Assembly: GCF_006345805.1 (NCBI RefSeq)
Contig: NC_043010.1
Location: forward strand, 36,766,001-36,830,000
Reading direction: 5' to 3'
Length of the DNA stretch: 64,000 bases
Origin: Octopus sinensis
Taxonomy: Eukaryota
The translations under genes and the position numbers were made by a program. The notes beneath the pieces are model-generated. The model saw nothing but the letters and a program-made list of their open reading frames with translations, searched no databases and was not told the origin of the DNA. Position 1 is the stretch's first letter. Each line of letters opens with the position of its first letter. Shown here piece after piece: positions 1 to 14,989 of the stretch.

Positions 1-859
1 CACCATCCTCTTCCCACTTCTCTAACATCCAGGGACTCCAATCTAACCTACACACTATACACACCGTCACATGTTAACATGCAAAACATTCATCTCGCTC
101 CTGTCCTATACACAAGCTGCTCAGGCCTAGTCTTTCACTGCCATCCAGGCTTCACACTTTACTAAAATTTCATACTGAAAGATGACGTCTGCACAGTTGT
201 GGCCAAAAGTTTGGAACATAGGAAATTACCACAGCTGACTTGGGAGTATGCAGCAAATTTTCCATAACAGTTTGGGCCTTCATACCTTTGACCCAGTAAA
301 ACATCCAGAATGTACTAGCAGAAGATACTCATTTCAGCTGAACAGAATAGAGCAACATCAAGTGTTTTTCTCAAGAAACACAATCTGACTGCCCAGTCTA
401 TAAATTGAACCTCAGACCTTATGGTCATAAATTGAATACCATAGCCACAGCTGCCAGGTATAACACCAAGTGCATGACAGTAAAAGTAAAAGCCTGATGG
501 TTCACGACAAGATTCAGTGTTCATTCTAAACCACTCTCTACCACAAAATACACATTCTGACTCTGACTGTGACAATCCATCCAGTGAAAGTTCACTCTAT
601 TGATTCTAATTTTGCTCTCAACCAAAGCACTGAATATGACTAACTCTTTCTTCAATTGCCATGCCTACAAGTGTCGGCAATCACAGACCACTATGCTAAA
701 GTATGAAGATTCATGATTTTTCTATGGAAACCCAAGTCAAAAAAATAATCACCCTTTGTTGTAGATCACATGGTCAAGGTGTTCAAAATTTTACTATACA
801 ATTACTACTACTATTGATCCTAGCTACTCATCATTATCATCCAGTATTTTAAATCCAGG

Positions 860-1130
860 GTTTGTCCTCATTAATGGGGGTGGTCGGATTTATATCAATG
901 CCATAGCAACCGCCCTCACACCATCTCACCCAGTTTTGGGTGTCCTCCCTTCTCAAACCAACCCTCCTAATCTTCTCCTCCACCTGTCCCCTCCATGTCT
1001 TCTCGCTTTTGCAGTCCATTTACCTCAAACTCAAGCACTCTCCTCAGAACATGCTCCTCATCCCTCCTCAACACATGCCCATACCACTGGACTCCATTCG
1101 CCCTTGCTAGCCATTCCAGGTACAATATTT
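860..1130 (-). mobile_element. RTE-clade LINE 3' fragment
   Basis: Reverse strand reads GVQWYGHVLRRDEEHVLRRVLEFEV..., matching the WYGHVLR C-terminal motif of RTE ORFs; frameshifted. Bases 1-170 look like a further decayed piece of a similar family. Confidence 0.75.
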
Positions 1131-1271
1131 TGTTGCACTGTTAGTCTGTCTGTCTGACAAGAGAAAGCCACTATGAGGTTCTGCTAGCAAGAAATATTGG
1201 CTAAATATCACACATAGTATAGTTCAAGGTACCTTTTAAAAAGTGGGATGGTAATATTTAGAAAACCCTTA

Positions 1272-1670
<399 letters not shown>

Positions 1671-2989
1671 TTAATAACCACAACATTCACAGACCCTTTT
1701 AAACTGGTAACATTGGTACATTTCATGCCCAGTTTCAACATATGCAGGTGACATGAGGGATGTAACATGATCTCTAGCTAAGTCATTTGACTTCACTTGT
1801 TCTATTAATAGGGAAAAGTATGCTAGCCTCCAACTAATCAAAATGAAATAGCAGTAACTTTTTTTCTTTTTAAGATAATAGCATCCTCAACCACAAAGAT
1901 AAATAGTTACCTGATGCCTCAGTTGGCTAAACTATCAGAAGTGATTTTTGTTAAGATCTAGTAATTAATAAATAACACACAGAGGATCTAGCAATAAAGA
2001 TATTTATTCCTACAATTAACCAGTTTGAGAAACTGAGTAACTAAGTAAAGAGACAATACTGGCTGGCATCTAATCAGTGAAGTTCTATTGTCATAACAAT
2101 GCTTCTCATTGGCTCAGTTTACCCAACAATCTAAGTTGGTAAAAATTTTATAGTCATATCAATGCCATATGGAGATATCAAAATAAAAAGAAAATGAACT
2201 AAAGACAGTTGTTAAAATATTAGGGGAGTAACATAATAAAAAATATGTGAACTGATGAGGAAAATAATTTTTTAAAACTTTCTATTTCACAAAAATAAAA
2301 TTTAAATAATATTTAAAAATGAATAAAGAAAAAAAAAACAATCATTATAGCAAACTATTCTAAAAATGAATATATTATAAGTGTGTGTCAAGAATATCTC
2401 CATTGTAACCACAGCAGTTTCATAAATATGGAAATGACAGGAAACAAATAGCTATAAACCAAACCATTGTGAAGTCTCCACTATGGTTTACAATGCAACA
2501 CCCACTCACATCAGACAGCAAAACTTGCTAAGCATAAGCATTCATCTTCAGAAAAAGACAGAGGTTCCTAGACTATAAGGCATAATGACATTGACACAGA
2601 TATACATAAATATGTATGTAGATGCCTATAAACAGATGTACAAGAATCTGTACATGTAAACATACAGATTCAGATGCTGGCAAAAAAACAAAAATACAAG
2701 GAAAATGATTTCCTTACATAAGAGTGGAATGGAAGTTATTGCTTTGTACTGATACTATAGTTACATGTTACATGAAACTTTATATGTTGCCCAGTGCAAG
2801 ATTTGCGCCCAGATTCATCAACATATATTAAAACTAAATCTGGTACATTAGCCTAGGTATCCTGCATTGCAATGATTTCCTTCAACAGGACACAAGTTTT
2901 GTGCATGTGTGTGTGTATATATAAACACACACAAGATCCCCTCTTTCAATGCCCCCCACCCCTTTCAAAATTACTTGTTTTGCAAGTTA

Positions 2990-3300
2990 CTTGGGGTGAC
3001 CCAGCTGTTGCTAGTGGCACGTAAAATGCATCCAGTCTACATTGTAAAGTGGTTGGCATTTGGAAGGGCATTCAGTTGTAAAAATCAAGCCAAAATTGAC
3101 CTTGCCTGTGCTAGTGCCACGTAAAAAGCACTGAATCCACTCTGCAGAGTTGTTGTTGGTGTTAGGGAGGGCATCCAGCTGTAAAACTCTACCATAACAG
3201 ACACAGTGGCCTGGGGTAGTCTTCTACCTGGCCAGCTCTTATCAGCTGCCCTACCCATGCATGCATGGAAGACGGATGTTAAACGAGGATTATGATGATA
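2990..3300 (+). repeat. RTE-related 3'-tail repeat (ggcacgtaaaaagca...gggcatccagctgtaaaa...ggacgttaaa-(gat)n)
   Basis: Same motif recurs at ~8830-9170 (+) and at ~10820-10960, ~21740-21920, ~36500-36700 and ~40650-40900 (-). Confidence 0.7.
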
Positions 3301-3516
3301 CAGTAACCCCTCAACTATCATGGGTTTTATGTTTCAAAACCCACTGTGATAGGGGAAAATCCACAAAGTAGAAACAACTGTGCTGTATTTTTTTTTTTTA
3401 TTATTTTCATAATTTGTATATATTTTATTATAAAAGCAAAACACCACGGAGGAATTGGTGTAAGCTTAAATAATAAACTGCGATAGGTGAACTACAATAT
3501 GGCATGGGATTATTTT
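3301..3516. mobile_element. Degenerate pogo/Tigger-like MITE
   Basis: Starts TA|CAGTAACCCCTCAACTATC and ends with an imperfect inverted copy (caatatggcatgggattattttg). Right TA is not intact. Confidence 0.5.
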
Positions 3517-3848
3517 GTGTGCGTGTGTGTGTGTGTGTGTGTGTATAAATATGAGGAGGCCACCTTCGGTCATGAATGACCATGGGATTGCACCTAGAAA
3601 GTTACCCTCCAAGGCAGTCTGGGCAAGGTTATTTCTTTACTGCCCACAAGGGGCTAAACACAGAAGGGGACAAACAAAGACAGAAAAACGTATTAAGTCG
3701 ATTATATCGACCCCAGTGCGTAATTGGTACTTAATTTATCGACCCTGAAAGGATGAAAATCACTCACAATCTCACGATTGCAAGCTCGACACTCTAACCA
3801 CTGACCCATGCGCCTTCACGCATGCATGCATGCATATATATATATATT

Positions 3849-3880
<32 letters not shown>

Positions 3881-4039
3881 CACACTCAAGGAAAAGAGAG
3901 CGGAGTACAGTTGAACTGACACTAATATATTACTGGTACAATTTTTGTCAAACAAGGAGAGAAGCAAGATTAATCCTGGCAGGGCTTCATATTAAAACAA
4001 ATGACAACATTAAATACTGTAATGGGATTTAGCATGAAA

Positions 4040-4270
4040 GCCTACCATTTCTATTTACAATTCTACTTAAACAACTGAGCCAAACAAAGAACTTCTAGTC
4101 ACTTCAACTACCAGAAATAGCCATCAAATCTTCCTCAAATCACACTCTACTATCTCAAAGAAAAAGAAGGCCCATTGGATATACAAAAAGGCAAGATGGT
4201 AACGGATACTGTGTCTGATCATGGATCTTCTTGATTAGAGCTGACCTGGATCTACAATAATGAGAGCAAC
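4040..4270 (+). repeat. Interspersed SINE/LINE 3'-end family (agaaatagcagccaaatctccctcaaatcacac...gctgacctgg)
   Basis: Related copies at ~22950-23200, ~32400-32620 and ~39880-40070 (+), and ~19300-19780 and ~45800-45870 (-). Confidence 0.55.
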
Positions 4271-5316
4271 AATTTCCTACATTGAAAACATTGGGACAAC
4301 TTTATAAAGTAGGGACATAATTGAAGGAAACAACCCTCCCACCATTGTCACAGACACTCCAACATCCATATTTCTCACAAAATGAAAGAGAGATGAAGCT
4401 AACACCAATTATAGCTGATGTAGGCATAACAGAAATGAAGACAACTAAAAACCTGGAAACAATTATTCTAAAACCTTACTGTAAAATATCAGTGGTGCTC
4501 CATCAATGATAAATGCAGAGGGAAGTTGGAATTCAAAAAATATTTTGGACTGAACTTTAAAAAAGAAGATCGCATGAAGGAAGACAAGAGAATAAAAACA
4601 ATGATTACAAAATGGGAAGTTTTTAGTAATCTTAATACAACAGAAAGGAAAGAAGAAAAATCAACAACAAAGGCAAGCACTTGTTCTAAGTAACATAGAC
4701 TCGAATAGGAATTACAAATCTATCTTCGTCAGGTTAATTAACCAATGAGTCAGCACCACCTTGACTTCTTTCTCATAAACAGAAAGACAAAATGTACCAA
4801 TGAGCTGTACAACCTCAGAACATGTCATTAAATTGTCATGCTCAACAGCAAGCCATTTAAATTAAATTTCTATTGTATATACCACCACCTCCCTCGTATC
4901 ATGGAGACAGCTTTTATTCTCAGCAGCCTTTGACTGACATTCTGAGCCTCACACCTAGACACTTCTCCTACCTACATTATAAATACATAAAGAGAGAAGA
5001 CTGCCCACCTGTAGTGAAGGCAACTAATTTATGTAACCGGGCACTTAAGAAACCCAGCTATATACATTAAAAGGTTTCTACTGCACAGACAGAGACATTG
5101 TACCCCACAAGCTACAGCAAAAGGCAACTCATTTAAGAAAGCAGTAGAGGAATTTGTGGTGGCTATATGGATAAGAACACTGGTACTCTTATTTGATAAG
5201 GCACATTCAAATATAATTGGTTAACAAAATCTTATAGAAGAGAGGTCTAGAGGAGAAAAACTAAGTTTGTGAATTTAAATCCTGTCATAAATACATAAAG
5301 TAGGTTATTCTTATAA

Positions 5317-5668
5317 TTATTACCTCTGCCTTAGCGAAGGTATTGTTTTCAGTTGCATTTGTTTGTTTGGCCATGGACAACATATCTCAAGAACCACTTG
5401 ATGGATTCAGATGAAACTTTATTCAGATGACTGGCGCAAACTGATTAGATTCTGGGATCAATCTGGTACCAGACACAAAGATACTGGATTATTTTCCTGC
5501 TTTTTATTTAATTTTTGAGAGTGGTCGGGTTCATTTTTAGTATTCTCGTTTGTGAGAGCAGTTGAGTTTATTTCAGATATTCCCATTTTAAAAATCATCT
5601 CTGGCTTATCCTTGAGAGGATGGTGGTGTTGCCTTGGTGGAGGTTTGCTCTCTCTGAGTGCCCTCGTT
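5317..5668 (+). mobile_element. Non-autonomous Helentron-type (HINE/DINE-1-like) rolling-circle element
   Basis: Begins TTATTACCTCTGCC; a subterminal inverted copy CCTTGGTGGAGGT lies near the 3' end, followed by a short hairpin (gctctctctgagtgc) and a T-rich end. Classification is by architecture. Confidence 0.6.
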
Positions 5669-6441
5669 TTTTCACTTGTTTCAGTCATTTGACTGGGGTC
5701 AAACTGGGAAAACCCAGCAGTTATTTCAGCTTGATACTGATTATGTAAACCACTATTTATTAACTGGCTAAATCAACCTTAACATAAAGGGCCACAACTT
5801 TGACAGTTTTCGTATACCAGTGCAGACACACACACACACACACATCATAGGCTTCTACACAACTTCCATCTCCCAAATTCCACTCACAAGGCATCAGTCA
5901 ACACATGGTGATAATAAAACACTTGCTCAAACTGCTATGGTGTGTGATCAAACCCAGAACCAGGTAGTTGCAAAGCAATTTCTTAACCATATGACTAGCT
6001 CTGCCTATGTCATAACAATGAAAGGATATATTAAACATTTCAAAATGTAATGTTTTTCACAAAACAGAAAAGTTGAGGAGGAGATTAGCAGCCCCCACCC
6101 AAATAAAAATTTATTTAATCATTGAGTAATGTGAGCTGACGATAATGAATTTTAGAATGATTACATAGATCCCTTGTGCACAAGCATTAGACTTCGGGGT
6201 AAATATGAAGAGATATTAAAACAAATAAGTCTTCCCAACACAGAACAAGTGGCATTTTACTTGCTTGTTGCTGTAACTGGATGTGGAGGGCAGCTAAAGA
6301 AGTCAACATGTTTTCCATGTATTGGCTATTTCACAATATCACTTGAGATTTTCAAAAATGGACACAAAAAAAAAATGGAAAAAAAAAACAAAAATAAATA
6401 TGAAAAACCACAAAAAATAGGGAAAATACAAAATAGAATCA

Positions 6442-6639
<198 letters not shown>

Positions 6640-6859
6640 TTAGTTTTAAAACAAATCAAGTAATAAAGGAATGCAGTTCTTAATGATTAATGGTTTGAAG
6701 AAGATGAGTTTTCATCAGAACATACACTTAATACACAAAAATACAGTACAATACAATACAAAACAATTCAATGAAGGAACCTGCATAAATTACTCCGATT
6801 GGTAAGAAATAGTAGCCAAATCGCTCTCATATCTTGAAAAAACTGGTGTTTCACTTATC

Positions 6860-7231
6860 TTTTTTCTGTCACTTGTTTTAGTCATTAGACTGTGGCCATG
6901 ATGGGGCACTGCCTTGAAGAATTTATATTTGAATGAACCGATTTCAGTACTTGTTTTTTTAAAGTCAGGTACTTATTCTAACAGTTGCCTTTGCAGAACC
7001 ACTGAAGTTACAGGAATGTAAACATACCAACACCCATTGCCAAGTGGTGGTGGGGACAAACACAGACACTATATATGACAGGCTTCTTCCAGTTTCCCTC
7101 TACCAAATACACTCACAAGACTTTGGTTGACCCAAGGCTATAGAAGACACCTTGCCCAAGGGGCCATTTAGTGGGACTGAACCCAAAACCATACAGTTGA
7201 GAAGCAAGCTTCTTACCACACATCCACACCT
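6860..7231 (-). mobile_element. tRNA-derived SINE family A, full length (CORE-like GGCACCTTGGGCAAG motif)
   Basis: A/B-box head, central microsatellite and 3' tail ...gactaaaacaagt. Partial minus copies at ~5850-6005, ~12258-12470 and ~55200-55430. Confidence 0.8.
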
Positions 7232-8043
7232 ATTTACCTGCATATAAGTTATAACCCTATATTACTGTTAAAACTCGGTACAAAATTCTTTTCCTTTATA
7301 GTCTTAACTTTGCTTTGTGCATAAGTCACACCCCAGTTTCTCCCAGTTAAATTCAAGTACAAGAGAGTGTAACTTATACACAAGTAAACATGGTATATTA
7401 ATAAAAAAAAAAAAAGAGATATATTGCATATGTAACCCTATAACACATTGTGTTTCAAGGTGTGGTCATGGCCAGAGAGACTACAGTCGTGGTGGCTAAT
7501 AGCATCTCAAGTTATACAAGCTGCCCAATGTAACATCTGCAATGCAAACTGAGCCCCCACCCCATAATGTATACTGACCAAAGCCACCCTCGTTTAGCTC
7601 TTTTGTTCTTATATAGCTTTGAAATCCTTGATCTTCTACTCTTTAGTACTAAGACAGAGGTGAAGCAACACCATTTTCATTCCAAGTTATTAGCACATAA
7701 ATTAAGTTGCATATTTTGTGAGATTTTTTCCATTGTTACTTCCATTCAAAAGCATTCTTTCAAGGGTGGATGCATCCATAATCTATCCAAAACACCTGGT
7801 GTGTCTGGTGCGAGTGTAACATCAAGTTAAAAACACTCACTGCAAATGCTCTTTGTTACGTAACCCAATACGGTGAAATAAAGCAGGCAGAGTTATTACT
7901 GCCTGACACTGAAGTTTTTATTTTCTTCTTACATTTTAATTAAAAGTATTAAGCTTCAAACCAAACTACACACTTCTAGATACAAATATAAAAACAACTG
8001 TCTTGTTTTGATCAACTTCAAAAAAAATTCACATTGCTATTCC

Positions 8044-8445
8044 AGGCATGGTTGTGTGATTATGAAGTTTGCTTCCCAAAATGATTTTGGGTTCAATACC
8101 ACTGCATGGCACTGTGGGTAAGTGTATTCTACTTATGCCATGGATTGACCAAAAACTTGTGATTTAATAGAATCTGGAAGAAGCCTCTGTGTGTGCATGT
8201 GTTTATGAATGGACACACATGACACCTTGTCTTGATATCACATGATCATTGTAAACAAGCATCACCATCGTATATACAGTGTTGTTTGTTTCCATTCTTC
8301 TGTAAAAACAAATCCGAACATGGGGGGAGTATTAGCTTGTTTGGAAACAGGTGATGGTTGGTGACAGGAAGAGCATTCAGCCATAGGCAATCTGGCTTAC
8401 TTCCATGTGACCAATACAAGCATGGAAAAATGGACATTAAAAAGA
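8044..8445 (+). mobile_element. SINE family A variant with RTE-like tail
   Basis: Head ggcatggttgtgtg...gggttcaatacc; body matches family A; 3' part matches the RTE-tail repeat. Confidence 0.7.
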
Positions 8446-8587
8446 AAAGGGTAACTACAATGATGACTTCTGCCCCACTCTTTTAACTCCATCTCCCCCT
8501 GTGTTACAACAGGAAAGGCTAACTTAAAACAACTGAAAACCCGAAAATAAATATCAGAGAATCTAAATTGTGAAACAATCACCCATA

Positions 8588-8673
8588 TAGACTATATAAC
8601 ATTTTAAAAATAGATGCTTTTTTCAACAACTAGACTATATAACATTTTAAAAATAGATGCTTTTTTCAATAAC
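8588..8673. repeat. 43-bp direct tandem duplication
   Basis: tagactatataacattttaaaaatagatgcttttttcaa(c/t)aac twice, with one mismatch. Confidence 0.95.
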
Positions 8674-9894
8674 TTAAATATACTAGAATTAGTGGAGGTA
8701 CCCAAGTGTAATATAAACATCACTGAAATTATTAAATGGGGTGGAAAAAAAAAAGAAACAAAATAGATATACCAATAAATATAAAAATATATCATATATA
8801 TATATCTGACTGCTTGCGAAGACCTGTTCAAGCAAGTGAAATCGAATCAAATCCAATGACTGTTAGAGCACGATGACACTTGAAAAACAACATTTGAGCT
8901 AGGTTGTTACCAGTGCTGCTGGACTGGCTCCTGTGCAGGTGGCATGTAAAAAACACCATTTGAGCTTGGCCGTTGCCAGTACTGCCTGACTGACCCTCAT
9001 GCCAGTGGCACATAAAAGCACCCACTACACTCTCAGAGTGGTTGGCATTAGGAAGGGCATCCAGCTTTAGAAAACTCTGCCAGATAAGATTGGAACCTGG
9101 TGGGCCATCTGGTTTGCCACTCCTCAGTCAAATCGTCCAACCCATGGAAAGCGGACATTAAATGATGATGATATATATATATATACATATGTATATCACC
9201 ACCACACCTAATGACAGATACAATCAATGACAATGTGACCTACTTCACCTAACAAATAGCTGCGATTGCACAAGAGCCAAGTATTATTTGTTTAAAATCT
9301 CAAACCAGACAGCACTGTTGCAGTTTATGGCAGTATAGGAAAATAGATAGTGAAATAGCTATGGCAGCTGTGGTAGTGGTGGTGATGGTGGTAAAAACTG
9401 GCTGTGATGGAGGTGGTGACAGTAGCGGTAGTGGTGGTGGTGGCGATGGTGGTATTCTTTACAAATGTGTCCTTTTGCTTTGTTTCTCTCAAATTGAAGA
9501 AAAACAAAAGCCAGACATGCGTGGGAGCCAGTCTTCCAGAATAGGACAGTTTACAGGACAAGGGTTTTGAAAGATAATGCTTGGACCCCCCGTCCCACCC
9601 CCACCCTGTGCAAAAATGAATGAATAAATAACCAATCTGCTAATCCTCCTGTACCCTGCCATCAGATCAGGTGATGTAAAATTTTGCACCTATCACTTAT
9701 AGCAAACAAAAGCAGTCAAAAGAAAGAGGGGAGAGGGGGAAATGAGAAACAGAGAAAAGGGGAGGAAGAAGAGAAAGAGGTGTTATGTAAGAAAATAGAA
9801 AATGAAAACGAGAGCAAACAAAAAAAGAAAGTCAAGGACCATCCTTGAGATTGTACCATGCTGAAGAAGACACTAAGCCATTAACAGAGTCACA

Positions 9895-9928
<34 letters not shown>

Positions 9929-10559
9929 AAAGTTTCCAATCCAGGGGGCAACAGGATAAGGCTTAAGTGAGTGTATGTGTAGATGTTCCTCCTGTGCAAA
10001 TAACCTTTATAACACATACAGATTATCAAAGTCAGTGCAAAAACCAAGGTGACAGAAAGACCAGAGAAGTGTGTGGTAGAGAGAGAGAGAGAGAGAGAGA
10101 GAGAGCATGAGACAGTCAACCTTAATGACAAATATTCTGGAAAACTAGAACACAATAAAATACATGCTCAGTGAAGCTAGAGTGCTCTACTTTCAACCAG
10201 ATACAGGAAGTAATGAATTCAATCAGGCGTGAACTTCTGCCAAAACTTGATATAGTTTCTATTGCATTGTACACATACACACAAGGAAGATTGTTAATGA
10301 ATAGAGGTTTTTTTTTTTTAATTCTTTTTCATTTTTGTTTTTCTTCAGTTTTTCCCCATTATACCTATCTCACCAACAGATAATAGCATAAACCAACAAA
10401 AGGAGTCACTAACTACACAGCTGCCAGACACAAATTTTCCACATGTAAGTGAGAAACTTGGGGCATGATAGAATGGTCTGGCCAGTTAATGCAAAAAGAA
10501 AAAATGGCTCTCTGGTACATATTGAGTACTTTTCCTGCAATTTGTACATCAAAACATTT

Positions 10560-11158
10560 CTTTTATTCCTTTACTTGTTTCAGTCATTTGACCATGGCCA
10601 TGCTGGAACACCACCATGAAGGGCTTTTAGTTGAGCCAATTAATCCCCCCAGGCTATATTTTTTAGACCTAGTACTTATTCTGTTGGTCTTTTTTGCTGA
10701 ACCACTAAGTTACAGGGACATAGGCACACCAGCATTGGTTATTAAGCAATGGTGGTGGAAAGGGCCAAACAGATGCAAAGATACAAATATACATACAAAT
10801 AAATATCACTTGCAGGTATGATGTGGGCGAACAGTAAAATTCTAAGACATCATCCACCTTCCTTGCATGAATCACAGTCATGGAATTTACTGTGGCAGAT
10901 TTTCTACAGCCAGATGCTCTTCCTGTTGCCAGCCCGCACATGTTTCCAAGCAGAGACTCATTTCCTATCATATGATAGGAACAAAAGGAAATACATACAC
11001 ACAAAGGATGGGTTTCTTTTATGTTTTTGTGCACCAAACTAACTCACAAGTCTTCAGCCAGTGTGGAGGCTTACAACAGAAGATAACTGCCCCCAAGATG
11101 CCATGCAGTGAGATTGAACCAGAAACCATGTGGTTAGAAAGCAAATTTGCAAACAGCC
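10560..11158 (-). mobile_element. SINE family A interrupted by an RTE-tail fragment
   Basis: SINE 3' half at ~10560-10800, insert at ~10820-10980, SINE head half at ~10990-11158. Confidence 0.7.
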
Positions 11159-11265
11159 AAGTGTCATTAAAAGTGCAAGGCCTATTGGACTTTTAGGGCA
11201 GTCATGATAAGACTGACACTCCAAGTACTTATTTTACTAACTGCAGGCTGAGAAATCATGTAGAT

Positions 11266-11627
11266 CAGTGGTTCCCAAACGTTTTTGTGCTGCTGCCCCC
11301 TTGACACCCAGGCCACATTCCTACCGCCCCCACCCCAACTAACCGTCACAAACATAGACCTCTTCCTGAAGCAAATTCAAAGCAACTGTATTTCACAAAT
11401 AAAACTTAACATAATGAACCCATTGTTTTTGTTGTTTTTACATGAATTGCAGCAAGATGTGGTAGGGGTAAAGCAGCATATGTTGTTGGGCATCACTACT
11501 GATATTGGGTATTGCATTCTACGCTTTGACATGAGCATAGAATGAGACTTGCCTCTTTGAGCTGGGAAATGAATGAAATTCCTGGTGTGTTTTGTTGTGG
11601 CTACCCACTCCTAAAAAAATTGAGCCT

Positions 11628-11711
<84 letters not shown>

Positions 11712-11956
11712 TAAAAGGATGTGTCATAATACTATTTCACAGTCATACCAACAATCCAACATACTTCCATCATCAGCTGCCCCACAGATATCATTATGGT
11801 TTTGACACCTGGGCAGTACCATTTAATCTGGCGGTATCAGTACATAATATTTGAATCGCTACCCAATTATTGCCCTGCTTTTCTTCAATGCTCCCTTGGA
11901 ATTTTCCACCACCCTCAGGGGCAGAGGCACAATACTGCCCACTTTGGGAACCACTG
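11266..11956. mobile_element. hAT (Charlie-like) non-autonomous element with internal (TA)n(TG)n
   Basis: Perfect 14-bp TIRs CAGTGGTTCCCAAA / TTTGGGAACCACTG. Left flank ATGTAGAT resembles the hAT NTCTAGAN target, but the right TSD does not match. A truncated paralog lies at ~41275-41430. Confidence 0.8.
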
Positions 11957-12491
11957 ATTACACCACGTATATTATTTGTTATGGAATCTTTCTGAACAAT
12001 ATTGGGGTTCACTGAGGTTTGATTAATTTGGTGAAACTTCAGATCCAGAGGTCTGCCAGTCATTTTGGTTGACCTAACTAGTGCTTGGATTCAAGCTCAT
12101 TTTCATTAAAACTGCATAAGATGGCTGATATTTGTGTGCATTAACCCCATCACACACACAGAGCATCCATCACCAAATGGACAATTTTATTGACTGCTTA
12201 AAATTCAAACACACAAACTGTACCTTAGCAGAAAGTATTGGAGATTGACTACAGTATATCTTTTATCTCTTACATGTTTCAGCTATTAGAGTGCAGCCAT
12301 GCTGCAGTACCACCTTGAAGAACTTTTAGTTGAATGAATCAATCCCCCTCCACAAACTTTCTTTAAAGACTGGGACTTATTCTGTCAGGCTCTTTTGTCA
12401 AACTGCTAGGTTATGGGGACATAAACACACCGACATCAGTTGTCAAGTAGTGATGGGTCAACTATATATATATATTTATATATATATATAT

Positions 12492-12540
<49 letters not shown>

Positions 12541-14247
12541 CTTTCAGGGTGAATACAATTAAATAACAGTCGAGCATTGGGGTATCGATGTAATCAACTG
12601 AGTCCCGGCCACTAAAATAATTGGCCTTGTGCCAAAATTTTAAAATAATTACTGTCATCATCATGATCATCATTATCATTGCAACTATTACTGTAGTATC
12701 ATTTAAATTTTCTTTTTTCTTTATTTTTCTTTATTTTTCTTTATTTTTTTTTCAATGAACAGACAGGTGAAGTGACACATAAACAGACATTATATACCAA
12801 AAACTGCTCAATTTGCAGAAGTATTAGAAAGTTGCCAAACAACACGGCTAACATAACATTGCTGATACAGCCTGTGATTGTGATGATACTACCACTAATA
12901 ATAATAATACTAATACTAATAATAATCACACACACACACACACACACCCTAGTCCAGTTTCCACCACACCACAGGCAAGCAGAACAAATATTTGTACAAT
13001 AGTCTCTGAGTGAGTCAGAAAGTTCCCACACAATGTTGTCCTAAAATTGTAAAGCCTCTCTCTTTCTCTCTCTGCCAGGCTGTTATTGACAAAACTGCAA
13101 TACTGTTTTATGGTATCTACCACACGATTTGTAGTGGTGTGTGTGTGTGTGTGTGGTTGAATGAGAGAGTGAGTGAATGTGTGTAAGACACACACGCAGA
13201 TAAAGTGGGGAGGGGGGAAAGAAGAAGATTTTTATGTGAACATACTTGTGTGCGAATGCTTTGTTTGAAAGGTTCAGCCTAAACAATAATATAATAGACA
13301 TTTACTGTATTGCTGCTATGAACCATGCCTTTGCTTTGGGTGAGAATTATATGTAAAACAGATAGCACAAACCCTCTCCATCCCCAGCTAGTAAACTTTA
13401 CCCTTTCATCAATAAAAATAAGTACCAGTTAAGTATTGGGGGACAATTCAAACAAATTTTTTTTTTCCTCTTTCAACGGTTGTGACCTTGTACCTATATT
13501 GGGAAACAATTATTACTCGAACACCAGGACCGATTTGGTTTAAATGACATTGCCTCTCGTTTCAAAAATGGCCTAACACATAAGCCAATATTAATACTAA
13601 TTAATAATCCTTTGACCTGGTGAAGTAAGGCCAGAAAATTGGGGGGGGTGATGGGGGGGGGGGGCTAGTTTATTACGTCGACCCCCAAAAGAATCAATCC
13701 TGGCAGAATGTAAAGACAGACAAAATGCCACTAAACATTTGGTCCAACTCAAGACAACAACTTTACCTCAACCGGTCCATCTCTCTTTAATATTATACCA
13801 AAATACATTAAAATGGAAACAGATACCATAAAATTCAAAAGTTCTCTGGACAAATTTCTCCAAAAAATCCCAGACCAACCTCCTGCACCCGGATATGTCT
13901 CCAACAACAATAACTCTTTGCTAGAGTGGGCCATGGTGTCCCATATATGACTGAGGTGTGAATCACAATCTGAAAGACTTCACCAGGTGGTGCTATTTAA
14001 GTTAGACATGACCTGAGCCTACACTGGCCGAAACCTATCAAAGTTAAGTCTAAGTTAAGCATGATAACAATTTTACCAGTTTGCCACCTTCTTAATAATA
14101 ATGATTCTTTCTGTTATTGGCGATAAGCTTAAACTCTCTTTGTGAACAAGAGCAAGTAACCAATCTCTGATGAGATATTAATAAACCCTATAAACTAGTC
14201 ACAATGCTCTCTTTATCTGGCAAGAGAGAAAACCAGTTGTGATTTAA

Positions 14248-14470
14248 CCAGTGTCTACTTTTCACAATGAAATTTAGGTGGGCCGCATGTAGCCCCATGT
14301 ATTCTACCTGTTTTATATTCAGATCTGACGTCTCACATCTACCCTTCAATAATATTCTAAAAACAAACAATCACATCACTGAAATCTCGAATCTAGGAGA
14401 CAATGAATAATTCAAAACAATGCAAATAAATAAGCATCACATTTGACAGAACAATCTGAATGCTAAAGGG
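14248..14470 (-). mobile_element. piggyBac-like TTAA MITE family 1, degenerate left end
   Basis: Right end tgctaaaggg|TTAA; internal sequence homologous to the copies at 24804 and 50167. Confidence 0.65.
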
Positions 14471-14538
14471 TTAAATGTGTTTTTACTAAAAGTACAGAAC
14501 TGTGTTATTTTTCCTTCCATTATATGTACCATTATCTA

Positions 14539-14763
<225 letters not shown>

Positions 14764-14989
14764 CTAAGATGTATTTATAGTATAACAAACAATGGGAGGA
14801 CAACAACAACAATTTCTTTTATTGATAACAACTGATAAGGAAATAATAATAGTGACGAGGCTGACAATAATGAGGCCTCAAATCAACTGTGATGTGTTTT
14901 AACAAATTAGGAAAGAAGAAAAGATGAAGCCAATTCTCAGTAGGATTTGAACTGGTAAAAAACCTGGTAAAAAAAAACATTAGAGTGTT

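Noticed and set aside
194-217. CAGTTGTGGCCAAAAGTTTGG resembles a Tc1 terminal inverted repeat
   Set aside because: No flanking TA, no inverted partner seen and no transposase remnant.
8830-9010. Two ~60-bp repeated units that might suggest a CRISPR-like or satellite array
   Set aside because: Only two degenerate units, internal to the RTE-tail repeat family; eukaryotic context with no cas genes.
9489-9620. Cryptic acceptor tttttgcacag followed by GGGGTGGPSIIFQNPCP..., and the nearby (GGT)n ORF
   Set aside because: Low complexity, ends in a stop with no donor, and has no similarity to CtBP.
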